The notes under the pieces: generated by a model | The model's input: the letters and a program-made list of their open reading frames with translations, nothing else | Database searches by the model: none | What the model was told of the DNA's origin: nothing | Position numbers and translations under genes: made by a program | In this document: positions 14,301 to 26,957 of the stretch, one piece after another | How the letters are laid out: each line of letters starts with the position of its first letter | Numbering within the stretch: position 1 is the stretch's first letter | Origin: Felis catus | Taxonomy: Eukaryota | Assembly (NCBI RefSeq): GCF_018350175.1 | Contig: NC_058368.1 | Span: 19,594,001-19,658,000, forward strand | Direction: 5' to 3' | Length of the DNA: 64,000 nucleotides

Positions 14301-14943
14301 CCACCCGTGCCCTCCCCCACTAGCCCAACCTAACAGAAAGCAAGTGGGCACAGGGACTTAGTTTGCAGGGGTCAGCCCCCAGCAGTCTGAGCAGACCAAG
14401 GAAAGCAGGGGACGGGTCTGAAAGCAAGTAAGCAGGTGATCTGCCCATTTGTGCCAGCTATTTCCCTGCCACACTAGTCTGGGGTACTTGGGGGGCATAG
14501 CGGGTATCCCTGATGCCAAAGCGGCAGGAGGAATGGGCGATGGTGAGGGAGAAGGCCGTATCCTGGAGAGAGAGTGATCTTGCTTCCAGGCTTCAGGGAA
14601 CACGACCCGCTCTATCGATAGATGGCTTATGGGAATAAAAGATCCCAGTCTTCCAAAAGCCTCAGACTAATCCCGTCCTCCCCCAGTTTCACCACAGCCA
14701 GTGCTGCTTCAGGGATTCAGATGAGGTAGGGCAAGAACAGACTTTCAAATTCCCTCCCTGACATAAATGTTCTCCACTCCTTCTACCTCTGGGCATGAAA
14801 ATGAGCCTTTCTTGGTATAAAATAAACAAGCAAACTGTAGCAAAATCTTTAAAAATGATTTTGCATCACAGTATGAATCCATCTGATCTTCAGAGTTCTG
14901 GTTAACCCAATTTTACAAATATTTTTCAAACCTTGTTGACCTT

Positions 14944-15105
14944 GGGGCATCTGGATGGCTCAGCTGGTTAAGTGTCTGACTTCAGCTCAGGTCATGATCT
15001 TGCGGTTTGTGAGTTTGAGCCCCGCATCAGACTGTCTGCTGTCAGCACAGAGCCTGCTTCAGATCCTCTGTCTTCCTCTCTCTCTGCCCCTCCCCTGCTC
15101 ATGTA

Positions 15106-15160
<55 letters not shown>

Positions 15161-15176
15161 AAGCACTAAAAAAAAT
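14944..15176 (+). mobile_element. SINEC with expanded (CT)n
   Basis: TSD ttgttgacct. Confidence 0.92.
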
Positions 15177-16693
15177 TTGTTGACCTCACAAAGCTTTTAT
15201 TTGACTTTCAGTTCCATTCCATAGACTGTCCCCTGCCTGATGCCTCAACAATAGTCAAGTTCACCCTCTCCACCTCCAAATATTCTATCCAAAAACATTA
15301 CTTGAGCATCTACTAAGGACTAGAGGCTGGGAATTCGAAAATGAATAAGGCACAGTCCTGCCTTCTTTCTCCGGTTTGCCTGTAATGGTAGTTGGCCCTT
15401 CTCCCCAACCCACCCCTGAAGAATCCCTCCTGCAAATGTCTTGTCACTGAGGAAAATAATACACAAAGCAAGGAAGGTGAAGCCAGGAATGCCACCTGTC
15501 TCCAATCCCTGTCTCACCCCTGGTAACTGCGGAGCGGGGGTGGAGGGGGGTGCGGGGGGGCCCCAAGGCACATTCAGTTTACAAACTCCTGCTCCAGGGC
15601 AACCAGTGAAAGAACAGAGACTCTTTAGCAAATCTATTTGGGGACAGAAAGAACATAAATTAGACTTGTCATAAAAATTGCTAAATTTTCCTTTCTGTGT
15701 GCCCTTTGGCAAATCTGAGTCTGACAGCTGAGGCAAGTAATCCCTAAACAGGGGGTGAGACTTTGTAGGAAAGAACCAAATGAGATAATCAGTTTGAAAG
15801 TGGTTTGCAAACTGTGAGCTTTAAACAAGTATCAAGGTTTTTCTTTTGGTAATTTTTCTTCCTTGACAGAACTTTCCAAGGCTGAAGAGAAAGAGAATGA
15901 ATGCAAGAACCTCATAGCGGGGGCTTTTCCTCTGGTTCGAGCTGGTGGAATGATCCCTGGGTTAGGGATGCCGGCACATTCCATGTAGGACCCAAACACA
16001 AGCCCCTTACTAGGTTCATGTCCGCTCAGCAGCTTGGCTGCTACCCTCATTACAGGCCTCCTGAAAGAGACGTGGCCACAGTGACACCTTCCTTGCGCCC
16101 TCACCGCCACCCAAGAGACTTATGCATGACATTCACAGAAGGAAATCTGTACGCACGCAACCCTGGGTGTTCACGCACCTTGTTTCTGTACTCAGTGGCC
16201 CTTGCTGCACCCTTCAGGCTCTGGGCATGCACCGCCAGAGGGCTCTGAGAGATCCTTCCACGCCCACCCCCTCCTCCAGCATTGGTACCCTCTCTCTGGC
16301 AGCTTGCCAGAAGCAGAGCTTCCCATGGGGGCTTCACACACTCAAGTTCACTGTTCTAAGATTCTTCCTCCTTCCCAGCATGGAGGACGTGGACCCGGGT
16401 GGAGCAGAGGGGACGGTCATGTCTCCAGCCCAGGCTCTCCTCCTGTTTTCCCTCCTAGCGCTGCCCTCCAGCCCAGGGAAGGGTTTGTTGTTTGTTTGTT
16501 TGTTTGTCTGCTTTTTTAAGTCTCCTCCCTGTCTGGCCCTGACATCGTGATGTAAAATCTAGATTTAAAATTCTTTAGGTTCTGGTAGCAGGAATTATAG
16601 GAGAGGAAAAGTAATTTTCTCTCTACCCTTCTGAGCTGTTGGCTGAGACTCCCTGTAATAAAAGACAGATCTACAAACGGAAGTGTTTAACAT

Positions 16694-16995
16694 TGTTAAA
16701 AGATACACTGAGGCATATTAAAAATGTTGAGAGTTTTGTGAACAAAAATGAATTTGAATTGGACAGTGCCGAGCCGGAAGTGGTTAGGAGGTGTTCCACA
16801 AACAGAAACTGAGGAAGGGCGTTTATGAGAAGACACGGATTCAAAGCAAGGACATTATGTGATGGGCTGTAGCTTAAAGTAATTGATTGCCTTTTTTGGG
16901 AAAACACCAGTTGGCTACCTTGAGGCATTCACAGGTTTGGGTGAGGTATTAGAACTACCTCAGTCTACTGGCCTCCTTGTTTAATTAATTTAACA
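16694..16995 (-). mobile_element. 3' LTR of the env-bearing ERV
   Basis: Terminal inverted repeats tgttaaa...tttaaca; polypurine tract aaaaagggggaat (minus strand, 16996-17008) directly abuts it. Confidence 0.8.
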
Positions 16996-17062
16996 ATTCC
17001 CCCTTTTTGGTCATCCTCTCACACAGGAGAGATCGAGCAAAAATTTGGTATTAGTGCCACTC

Positions 17063-17620
17063 TCAGTCGCCATCAGGGTTTTGTTCTTGTCTCTTGTGAA
17101 ACGTGTGGCTTATGATGTGAGTTTCCTGGAAGAATTGTTTTTGCTGGTCATCTTGTTTCTGTTCCTCTAAGCTCAGTGAGACCATCCGATGTACTGCCGA
17201 TGACCCTGAACACACACTGAAGACCTTGGAGAGAACACAGCACACCGGGGAGCACGCGGTGATGACCATCATGAGGATGATGCCAACAGACTGGAATATG
17301 GTCCTTTGTGAGGGCTCCTTCAAGCCAAACCAGGTGGTTCCAAATAAATGAGAGAATGTACCTGAAGGATGTAACCTGTTCTAGCCAGGCTTGTTTGTCA
17401 ATTTCTCACATTTGCAACAATACCAGAGGTGTTGATCCTGGTACAGCAGGAGGTATTTGCTATGGCATATAGCTCCTTGTTCAGCCAGTAAGTCATCTAA
17501 AGCAGTTCTATTATCTAAAACCACCTTAGCAAGAAATCCTGGGGACTTCCGTTGTGTGACTATGGCCTTTCTGGTAGATCCAGTGATAGTTGCCAGAGTT
17601 AAGGAGCCTTGTTTCCCCAT
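17063..17620 (-). pseudogene. Decayed endogenous retrovirus env, TM subunit (gamma-type/ERV1)
   Basis: Immunosuppressive domain LAKVVLDNRTALDDLLAEQGAIC. After a frameshift, AIANTSCCTRINTSG restores the CX6CC motif. Hydrophobic anchor IFQSVGIILMMVITACSPVCCVLSKV follows. Confidence 0.88.
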
Positions 17621-18220
17621 GCATTAACAGAGAGGAAAAGCAAGTAATGAAACGACAAAAGGAATACAAATTTCATATTGATGAAGGTCTTGCTCTGTGA
17701 TCCTAGGAGACCTGCTCACTGCATGATGTCTGCTTCTGAGGAGGAACCTCCCTTGTCCGTTTTAATTTTAGATCTCCCACTGCTGTGCAGTCCCACGAGT
17801 CTGGAGATATAGACCCAAGGTTCAAGACCCCAATGTTTGACTGTGGTCTGGAGGTGAGGGGGATCTGGTGTATGGTCCCTTCTAGTGAGATTCAAGACCA
17901 GTCTTTGTTCCAGTTCAGTGGGATGATCTTAAAATTATCAGCAATCTATCTTTTAGGGTACTTGTCAAGATCTTTTCCACGAGTCTCTCTGGAGATGAAG
18001 CACTTTTACAAAAGCATCAAAGTAAAACGATAACTGTCTGTAAATGACAAAAAGGCTTTCAAAAAATAGCCATGGTTAAAAGTCTGATAAAAGTTTATTC
18101 TATAAGGAATTTCAGTTATTTCTGGAGCAGAAAACAATTTAAGATCATAATTGGACAATGAGGGTATTGAGAAATTTCTATAAACTTCAAACAAATTCTG
18201 GAATGCCAGAATAACCCTCG
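17621..18220 (-). mobile_element. ERV1 (MER4-group-like) internal sequence
   Basis: Contiguous with the env remnant; resembles recalled MER4/MER34-int noncoding sequence. Confidence 0.55.
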
Positions 18221-18289
18221 TGCCACAGAGGCATATTTTGGAGTGGCATATTCTGCTGATCTTCAGAATCTATACATGCTTGTTTCTTT

Positions 18290-18327
18290 TTTTTTTAAGC
18301 ACTTTTTTTTAAAGTTTATTTCTTTAT

Positions 18328-18361
<34 letters not shown>

Positions 18362-18528
18362 CAAGTTGGGGAGGGGCAGAGAGAGAGAGGGAGACAGAGA
18401 ATCTCAAATAGGCTCCTCATTGTCAGCACAGAGCCTGATGTGAGGCTCGATCTCATGAATTGTGAGGTCGTGACCTGAGCTGAAATCGAGAGTCAGAAGC
18501 TTAATGGACTGAGCCACCCAGGTGCACC
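18290..18528 (-). mobile_element. SINEC
   Basis: SINE body; TSD cttgtttcttt. Confidence 0.9.
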
Positions 18529-19279
18529 TGTACTTGTTTCTTTCAAGATGCTTCCAAATTAAAAATACTTTGGCCTTCAATACTCCTGCCTCAGCTTTGA
18601 ATTTCAGGAGGATATTTGAGAATAAAAATAAAACTCTGGGTCTTTTGTTCATGCCATAATCTTTTGAGTTTTCTCTTCCCTAGAGCCCAAGACTCAGACT
18701 CATGATCCAGTTTTTATGTTGGAAAGGGTATATAATAAAAAAGAATTAAGGAAAAGAAAAATACATAAGATGACATTTAAAATAGTGTCCTAATCAAAGT
18801 GATCAAAGCAGGGCTGCTGAGGTTAATGTAGAAGTCTAGGGCTGGCATTCCCCACTCTCCCACCCCTTCTCTGTCCCCTGGGCCCTCTGTGAGACCATGG
18901 AAAACCATTGTACCATCCACAAGCTTCAGTAGGGGAAGGCCATGCACCACTCACAGTTAGTAGCACATAATAGATGTTCAATAAGTATTTGGGAACCATG
19001 TCTCTATATTTAACAGTATGTTTAACTTAAAAAAAAAAAACACCAACTACACCAGATTTTTTTTTACTTAATAAAATTGAAATTAGAGAAAAATTTACTT
19101 TTTTGAGACGTATTTTAGTTTGCTTTGACTGTGGGAAAGAAGGATATAAAGTAAAGGGCTGGTAAGGAAAGGATGTGCGTGAGTAAGGAGGAGAGGTCAA
19201 GGATGAAACAGGCTATGTTTAAATCTAATGAAGAGGATTCCAAGGCGGGATCACGGGGTCAGTAAAGAAAGGTGGATGA

Positions 19280-22200
19280 GGAGGGGAGGAGCCAAGATGG
19301 CGGAACAGCATGGAAGTTTTTTGTGTGTCTCGCGTCCACGAAATACAGTCAGACCAACAATAAACCATCCTACACACCTAGAAAACTGATTGGAGGATTA
19401 ACACAACAATCTGCACAACCTGAACCACAGAATTCAGCAGGTACACGGCACGGAGAGGTGAATTTGGGGAGCAAGAAGCCGCGAAAGGTAGGGAACCGCT
19501 TTTGGGGGCGGAGAGAGGATGGAGACTGGGGAGGGGGGCAGAATACGGGAAAAGCACCCCTCCCCAAAAGCAGCTGGAGAGAAAGTGGAAAATTGGAAAC
19601 AGCCGCAGGGACTAAACTAAAAAGGGAGAAAGGAGAAAGGAGAGGGTTTAAATTCCATTAAGACTGTAAACAAGGGGAGCGCATAGGCTGCAACTCCACA
19701 GCTCGGTACCTGGCGGTGCTCTGGCGGGAAGGGCGAATCCCCAGGAACAGAGTGGGGTCCGGGAGGTTCTCGGGCCACACGGGGAAAAGCGGTTCCACTG
19801 CTGGAAGGACATTTGGTAGAGACGGTTGAAGCCACCTGGTCCCAGCAGACCCTGGAAGGCAGCCACATTCGCTGGTGCTGGGGCAAGGTCGTTGAGGGTG
19901 AAGCCTGTGCCAGATGCGTGTTGTGATTTTCCATAATCCCTGAAACACCGCTGCGACACCATCTCGCAAACTTTTGCTGGGACGGGCTGGCACCTGGCCG
20001 CAGTCTCGGGGTGCCAGCAACAGCAGGGTCCAGCAGGCATTCCTGAGTGCAGACGACATTCGGCCATTGCTCATTCGGCCATTGCTCCGTGAGACCCGCC
20101 CACAGAGGGGTGGAATGGGTGAAAGCCCCAGTCCTTCGGAAGCAAGGGGCTGGGGAAAACAGCCACATCTGAGACCAAACTCGGGAGAGAGTTACTGCCT
20201 GGGGCTTGGTCACGGACAGTGAAGAAGCGGGGAGTGGATGAGAGCTGAAGACAGAGGATGGGTGCACAATTGCTGATTCGGGAGAACAGACTGGTGGCTA
20301 GGTGGCGCCATTTTTCACTGCTCCTGCGCATGCGCACACGCACCTACGAGTGCCGCCAATACTCCACCCCAGGAGGCTAGCAGCGCCATCTAGTGGAGAA
20401 CAAAGCCATTACACTGAGCCCCGCCCAACTGGGCCAACCTTGCCCTCAAAAACACAGGTCTCACCATGGGCTTAGTTTATGGACTATAAAGTGCTACACA
20501 GACTGACCTCTAGGGGAGAAAACGAAGCAATTTCAGTCCTACTTCAATCTGTTAGCAGGTTCATCTATTCAATTTTCTTTTTTTTTCCTTTTTCTCTTTT
20601 ACACTTCTTTTCTTTTTCTTGAATACAGAAAGAGAAAAAATTCATTTTTATTTTCAGTTTCTTTAAAAACATTTTTCTTTAATTTTTTTTACTATATTCT
20701 TTACTTTTGTGTATATTTTTTTCAAATTCCATTTTACCCCCATCATCTCATTTTAGTCTACTTCAGTATATTCATTTTTTTCAAATTCTCAAATGATTTC
20801 CTTTTTTTTCTCCCCTGCTTTTTTCTCTAATCTGTCAAACCACTTTCAACACCCAGACCAAACACACAAATAGATCTAGCATCATCTATTTGATTTGTGG
20901 GTGTGTTTTTAATATTTAATTTTAATTTTTTTTAATTTTAAACATTTTTAAATTTCAGTTTTTCTACTTCATTAATTCCTTTTCTCCCTTCAAAATCACA
21001 AAATGAATGACTTCACCCCAAAAGAAAGAGCACAAAGAAATGACAGCCAGGGATTTAACCAACACAGATACAAGCAAGATGTCTGAACCAGAATTGAGAA
21101 TCACGAAAATAAGAATACTAGCAGAAGTCGAAAATAGATTAGAATCCCTTTCTGCAGAGATAAAAGAAGTAAAAAATAGCCAGAATGAAATTAAAAATGC
21201 TATAACTGAGCTGCAATCACGGATGGATGCAGCAGCGGTAAGGATGGATGCGACAGAACAGAGAATCAGCAATATAGAGGACAAACTTATAGAGAATAAC
21301 GAAGCAGAAAAAAAAGAGGGAGATTAAGGCAAAAGAGCACGATTTAAGAATTAGAGAAATCAGTGACTCATTAAAAGGAACAACATCAGAATCATGGGGG
21401 TCCCATAAAAGGAAGAGAGAGAGATAGGGGTAGAAGGGTTATGTGAGCAAATCATAGTGGAAAACTTACCTAACCTGAGGAAAGACACAGACATCAACAT
21501 CCAGGAAGCATAGAGGGCCCCCATTAGATTTAACAAAAACCGACCATTAACAAGGCATATCATAGTCAAATTCACAAAATACTCAGGCAAAGAGAATGAT
21601 GAAAGCAGCAAGGGGAAAAAAAGGCCTTAACCTACAAAGGAAGACAGATTAGGTTTACAGCAGACCTATCCAAAGAAACTTGGCAGGCCAAAAAGGAGTG
21701 GTGGGATATATTCAGTGTGCTGAATCAGAAAAATATGCAGCCAAGAATTCTTTATCCAGCAAGGCTATCATTCAAAATAGAAGGAGAGATAGTTTCCCAG
21801 ACAAAAAAAAATTACAGGAATTTGTGACCACTAAACCAGCCCTGCAAGAATTTTAAGGGGGACTTTCTGAGGGGAGAAAAGATGAATATATATATACCAA
21901 AAGCAACAAAGATTAGAAAGGACCAGAGAACACCTCCAGAAACTCCAACTCTACAAACAACATAATGGCAATAAATTCATATCTTTCAGTACTCACTCTA
22001 AATGTCAATGGATCAATGCTCCAATCAAAAGACATAGTGGATACTATGGATAACATATGTATCCATAACAAAATGGATAAGAAAACAAGATCCATCTATC
22101 TGCTGTTTACAAGAGACCCACTTTAGACTTCAAGACACCTTCAGATTGAAAATAAGGGGATGGAGAACCATCTATCATGCTAATGGTCAACAAAAGAAAG

Positions 22201-24349
22201 CCAGAGTAGACAAACTTATATCAGACAATCTAGACTTTAAAATAAAGACTGTATCAAGAGATGAAGAAGGGTATTATATCATAATCAAGGGGTGTATCCA
22301 CCAAGATGACCTAACAATTGTAAACATTTATGTGCCAAATGTGGAAGCACCCAAATATATACATCCATTAATCACAAACATAAAGAAACTCATCAATAGT
22401 AATACCATAATGGTAGGAGACTTCAACACCCCACTCACAGCAATGGACAGATCATCTAATCAAAAAACCAACAAGGAAACAATGGCTTTGAATGACACAC
22501 TGGACCAGATGGACTCAACAGATATATTCAGAACATTTCATCCTAAAGCAACAGAATATACATTCTTCTGCAGTGCACATGGAACGTTGTCCAGAATAGA
22601 CCATATACTGGGACACAAATCAGCCCTCAACAAGTACAAAAAGAATGAGATCATACTGTGCATATTTTCAGACCACAATGCTATGAAACTTGAAATCAAC
22701 CACAAGAAAAAAATCAGAAAGGTAACAAATACTTGGAGACTAAAGAACATCCTACCAAAGAATGAATGGGCTAACCAAGCAGTTAAAGAGGAAATTTAAA
22801 AGTATATAGAAATCAATGAAAATGATAATACCACAACCCAGAACCTCTGGGACGCTGCAAAGGTAGTCATAAGAGGAAAGTATGTCGCAATCCAGGCCTT
22901 CCTAAAGAAGGAAGAAAGATCTCAGATACACAACCTAACCTTATGCCTTAAGGAGCTGGAAAAAGAATAGCAAATAAAACCCCAAACCAACAGAAGACAG
23001 GAAAATAAAGATTAGAGCAGGAAAATTAATGCTATCAAAACCAAAAAACAGTAGAACAGATCAATGAAACCAGAAGCTGGTTCTTTGAAAGAATTAACAA
23101 AATTGATAAACCACTAGCCAGTTTGATCAAAAAGAAAAAGGAAAGGACTTAAATAAATAAAATCAAATGAAAGAGGAGAGATCACAACCAACACAGCAGA
23201 AATAAAAACAATAATAAGAGAATATTATGAGCAACTATATGCCAAAAAAATGGGTAATCTGGAAGAAATGGACAAATTCCTAGAAACATATACACTACCA
23301 AAACTGAAACAGGAAGAAATAAAAAATTTGAACAGACCCATAACCAGTAAGGAAATCAAATTAGTAATCAAAAATCTCCCAAAAAAACAAGAGTCCAGGG
23401 CCAGATGGTTTTCCAGGGGAATTCTACCAAACATTTAAGGAAGAGTTAACACCTATGCTCTTGAAGCTGTTCCAAAAAATAGAAATAGAAGGAAAACTTC
23501 CAAACTCTTTCTATGAAGCCAGCATGACCTTGATTCCAAAACCAGACAGAGACCCCACTAAAAAGGAGAACTATAGACCAATTTCCCTGATGAACATGGA
23601 GGCAAAAATCCTCAACAAGATAGTAGCCAACCGGATCCAACAATACATTAAAAAAAAGTATTCACCACGACCAAGCGGGATTTATACCTGGAATGCAAGG
23701 CTGGTTCAATATCTGCAAAACAATTAACATGATTCACCACATCAATACAAGAAAGGACAAGAACCATATGATCCTCTCAATAGATGCAGAGAAAGCATTT
23801 GACAAAATACAGCACCCTTTCTTGATAAAAACCCTCAAGAAAGTAGGGGTAGAAGGATCATACCTCGAGATCATAAAAGCCATATACGAAAGACACAATG
23901 CTAACATCATCCTCAATGGGAAAAAACTGAGAGCTTTCCCCCTAAGGTCAGGAACAAGATAGGGACGTCCACTCTTGCCACTGTTATTCAACATAGTATG
24001 GAAGTCTTAGCCTCAGCAATCAGACAACACAAAGAAATAAAAGGCATCCAAATTGGCCAGGAGATGTTGGCGAGGATGCGGAAAAAGAGGATGTCTTTTG
24101 CATTGTTGGTGGGAATGCAACCTGGTGCAGCCACTCTGGAAAACAGTATGGAGGTTCCTCAGAAAACTAAAAATAGAACTACCTTACAACCCAGCAATTG
24201 CACTACTAGGCATTTATCCACGGGATACAGGTGTGCTGTTTCGAAGGGACACATGCACCCCCATGTTTATAGTAGCACTTTCAACAATAGCTAAAGTATG
24301 GAAAGAGCCCAAATGTCCATTGATAGATGATTGGATAAAGAAGATGTGG

Positions 24350-24409
<60 letters not shown>

Positions 24410-24762
24410 GGAATATTACTTGGCAATCAAAAAGAATGAAATCTTGCCATTTGCAACTACGTGGATGGAACTGGAGGGTATTATGCTAAGTGAAATTAGA
24501 GAAAGTCATATGAGGACTTTAAGAGACACAACAGATGAACATAAGGGAAGGGAAACAAAAATAATATAAAAACAGGGAGGGGAACAAAACATAAGAGACT
24601 CATAAATATGGAGAACAAACTGAGGGTTGCTAGGGGGGTTGTGGGAGGGGGGATGGGCTAAATGGGTAAGGGGCACTAAGGAATCTACTCCTGAAATCAT
24701 TGTTGCACTATATGCTAACTAATTTGGATGCAAATTTTAAAAAATAAAAAAATAAAATAAAA
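19280..24762 (+). mobile_element. LINE-1 copy A: full 5'UTR, decayed ORF1/ORF2, ~1.3 kb internal deletion in ORF2, A-rich tail
   Basis: Starts ggaggggaggagccaagatggcg. ORF1 fragments near 21007. Endonuclease (VGDFNTPL, SDHNAMKLE) at 22146-22799. RT N-terminal part ([24 protein letters not shown]). C-terminal [17 protein letters not shown] taaagaaaggtggatga at 19263-19279 and 24763-24779. Confidence 0.97.
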
Positions 24763-24948
24763 TAAAGAAAGGTGGATGATGAGAGGAGGCAACAGGCCTT
24801 AAAAAGTTATACGAAGAACAAGGTAAATTAAAATAAGCTAGAAAGAGAAAATGGAATAGTTTTCTCACTTATATCTCTAGTTGCTTATTGCTAAAACAAA
24901 GAAAAATACTCAAGTTTGAATATTTATCTTCTAACCAGCCATCTTTCT

Positions 24949-25191
24949 TTTTTTTTCTTTTTTTTAATGTTTTTTAAATTTATTTTTGAGACAGTGAGAG
25001 AGAGCACAAGCATTAGAGGAACAGAGAAAGAGAGAGAAAGATAGACACAGAATCCGAAGCAGCCCCCAGACTCTGAGCTGTCACAGCACAGAGCCTGATG
25101 CAGGGCTCAAACCCACGAATTGCGAGGTTATTATGCGAGATCATGACCTGAGCTGAAGTCAGCGTAACCAACTGAGCTACCCAGGCGCCCC
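24949..25191 (-). mobile_element. SINEC
   Basis: TSD taaccagccatctttct. Confidence 0.92.
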
Positions 25192-25535
25192 TAACCAGCC
25201 ATCTTTCTAAATCTCATCTTAAATTTAAGGGTTTTTTTTTTTTTTCAAACTAAAGTCTCTGAGTTTTCCAAGCATATAATCACATTATCAGCAGAAAAGG
25301 AGATATCTTGATACCATTTCCATTTCACGTTTGTTATTTTATTTTTTATTGCATTTATTAGAACCTCAGACAAAATGTTAAATAGCTATTCATAGAGAAT
25401 TGATCCTGAAAATTTATGAAATAGCAGAGAAAAGCTAATGGAAAACAGGTGATTTTCAAAGCTACTAATTTGAGAATTCTAATCAAAGAGATGAAACCAT
25501 TGGGATGCTAATTAAGATTAAAAAACAGAGAGCCA

Positions 25536-25760
25536 GGGGCGCCTGGGTGGCGCAGTCGGTTAAGCGTCCGACTTCAGCCAGGTCACGACCTCGCGGTCCG
25601 TGAGTTCGAGCCCCGCGTCGGGCTCTGGGCTGATGGCTCAGAGCCTGGAGCCTGTTTCCGATTCTGTGTCTCCCTCTCTCTCTGCCCCTCCCCCGTTCAT
25701 GCTCTGTCTCTCTCTGTCCCAAAAATAAATAAACGTTGAAAAAAAAAATTAAAAAAAAAC
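25536..25760 (+). mobile_element. Young SINEC_Fc
   Basis: Near-consensus; TSD aaaacagagagcca. Confidence 0.96.
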
Positions 25761-26508
25761 AAAACAGAGAGCCAAAGTAGCCAAGATTAAGGATAAGAAA
25801 GGAACACAATAAAAAAATAAAAACACAGAAAAGCATCAAATAGTTATAAAAATGTCATGGGCAACTCAATGGTAAAAAAAAAATGGTTTGAAAAATTGGA
25901 GAAAAGAAAAATATTCTAGAAAAATATACGTTTTCCAAATGTACCTCCTCCAAAATGATTACAGATAGAGATACAGACCTGTAAAATACTAAATATAAAT
26001 GTAACAAGGAATGCACGGGACTTAGATAATTAGGACATGGGATGGTACAGGGGCCTTATTAGCTTACCAGGCTGTCATAACAAAATACCAGAGGTTGGGG
26101 GCTCAAACTAGAGAGACCCCACAGTTCTGGAGGCTAGAAGTCCAAGATCCAGGTGTCGGCAAGTTTGGTTTCTCCTGACACTTCTCTCCTTGGATTGCAG
26201 ATGGCCGTCTTCTCCCCATGTCCTCACATGTGCACCTCTCAGGTGTCTCTTTCTCTTCCCATAAGGTCACCAGTCATACTGGGCTGGGGCCCCATTCTTA
26301 TGACCTTATGTAACTTTAGTTACTTCTTTAGGGGCCTGTGTCCAAATATATTCACATGGAGGTTAGGGCTTCAATACATGAATTTGGGGAAGACAGTTTA
26401 GTCCATAACGGGGGGGGGGGGGGGATATGAGGAAATGTGTAAATATCATAGCCTTTTAACAAAGTAATTTGATAATGTGTTAAATATGTTTTAAAAAATA
26501 CACTCTTC

Positions 26509-26924
26509 TGTGGGGTCTCTCCCAATCAGATGGGGACCTCCAAATGTGGGGCATTCCCACTCAGGAAGCTGGCAGCACAGACAGGGAAAGGGCTTACCCC
26601 AGACAAAACAAACTAGATAGAAGTTTATTAAATACACTGCAAGGGTGTGGCGGGCAGGACAGCAAAGGAGAGACTGCGACGAGGAGGTGGTAAGATGCCA
26701 CAATTATAGGGCTGAGTGATGGAATGTGGGAGCGTACGGAGTTTTCCCTTTTTTGGTGACTGTGCTTGGGTCTAAGTAACCTGTTGGTCAGTTAGGGCCT
26801 ATTGCTCTTTGGAGGTGGGTCACTTAATGAGCCTGTTTGCATTCAGCTCAGTGGTCACCGTGGGCCCTTTTGCCTTGCTCTACATTCCATTGCTCAATAC
26901 TGCTGTCTAAAAGAGGCCTCTACA
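26509..26924 (-). mobile_element. Solo ERV LTR (carnivore ERV1-like)
   Basis: TG...CA ends; reverse-complement homolog of 29918-30336. Confidence 0.8.
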
Positions 26925-26957
26925 ACTACTCAGCAATTTGTTCTTAAGAAATATGTC

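Noticed and set aside
20057..20086. 15-bp tandem duplication in the L1 5'UTR, and similar short duplications at about 35683-35720 and 36075-36102
   Set aside because: Ordinary slippage duplications with only two units; no CRISPR-like or other array structure
19617..20267. Antisense ORFs of 216 aa and 218 aa (51556-52212) in both L1 5'UTRs, suggesting an ORF0-like gene
   Set aside because: The two copies share frame only briefly (TTLxQHxRMWL) and shift elsewhere; GC-rich, stop-poor sequence explains the lengths
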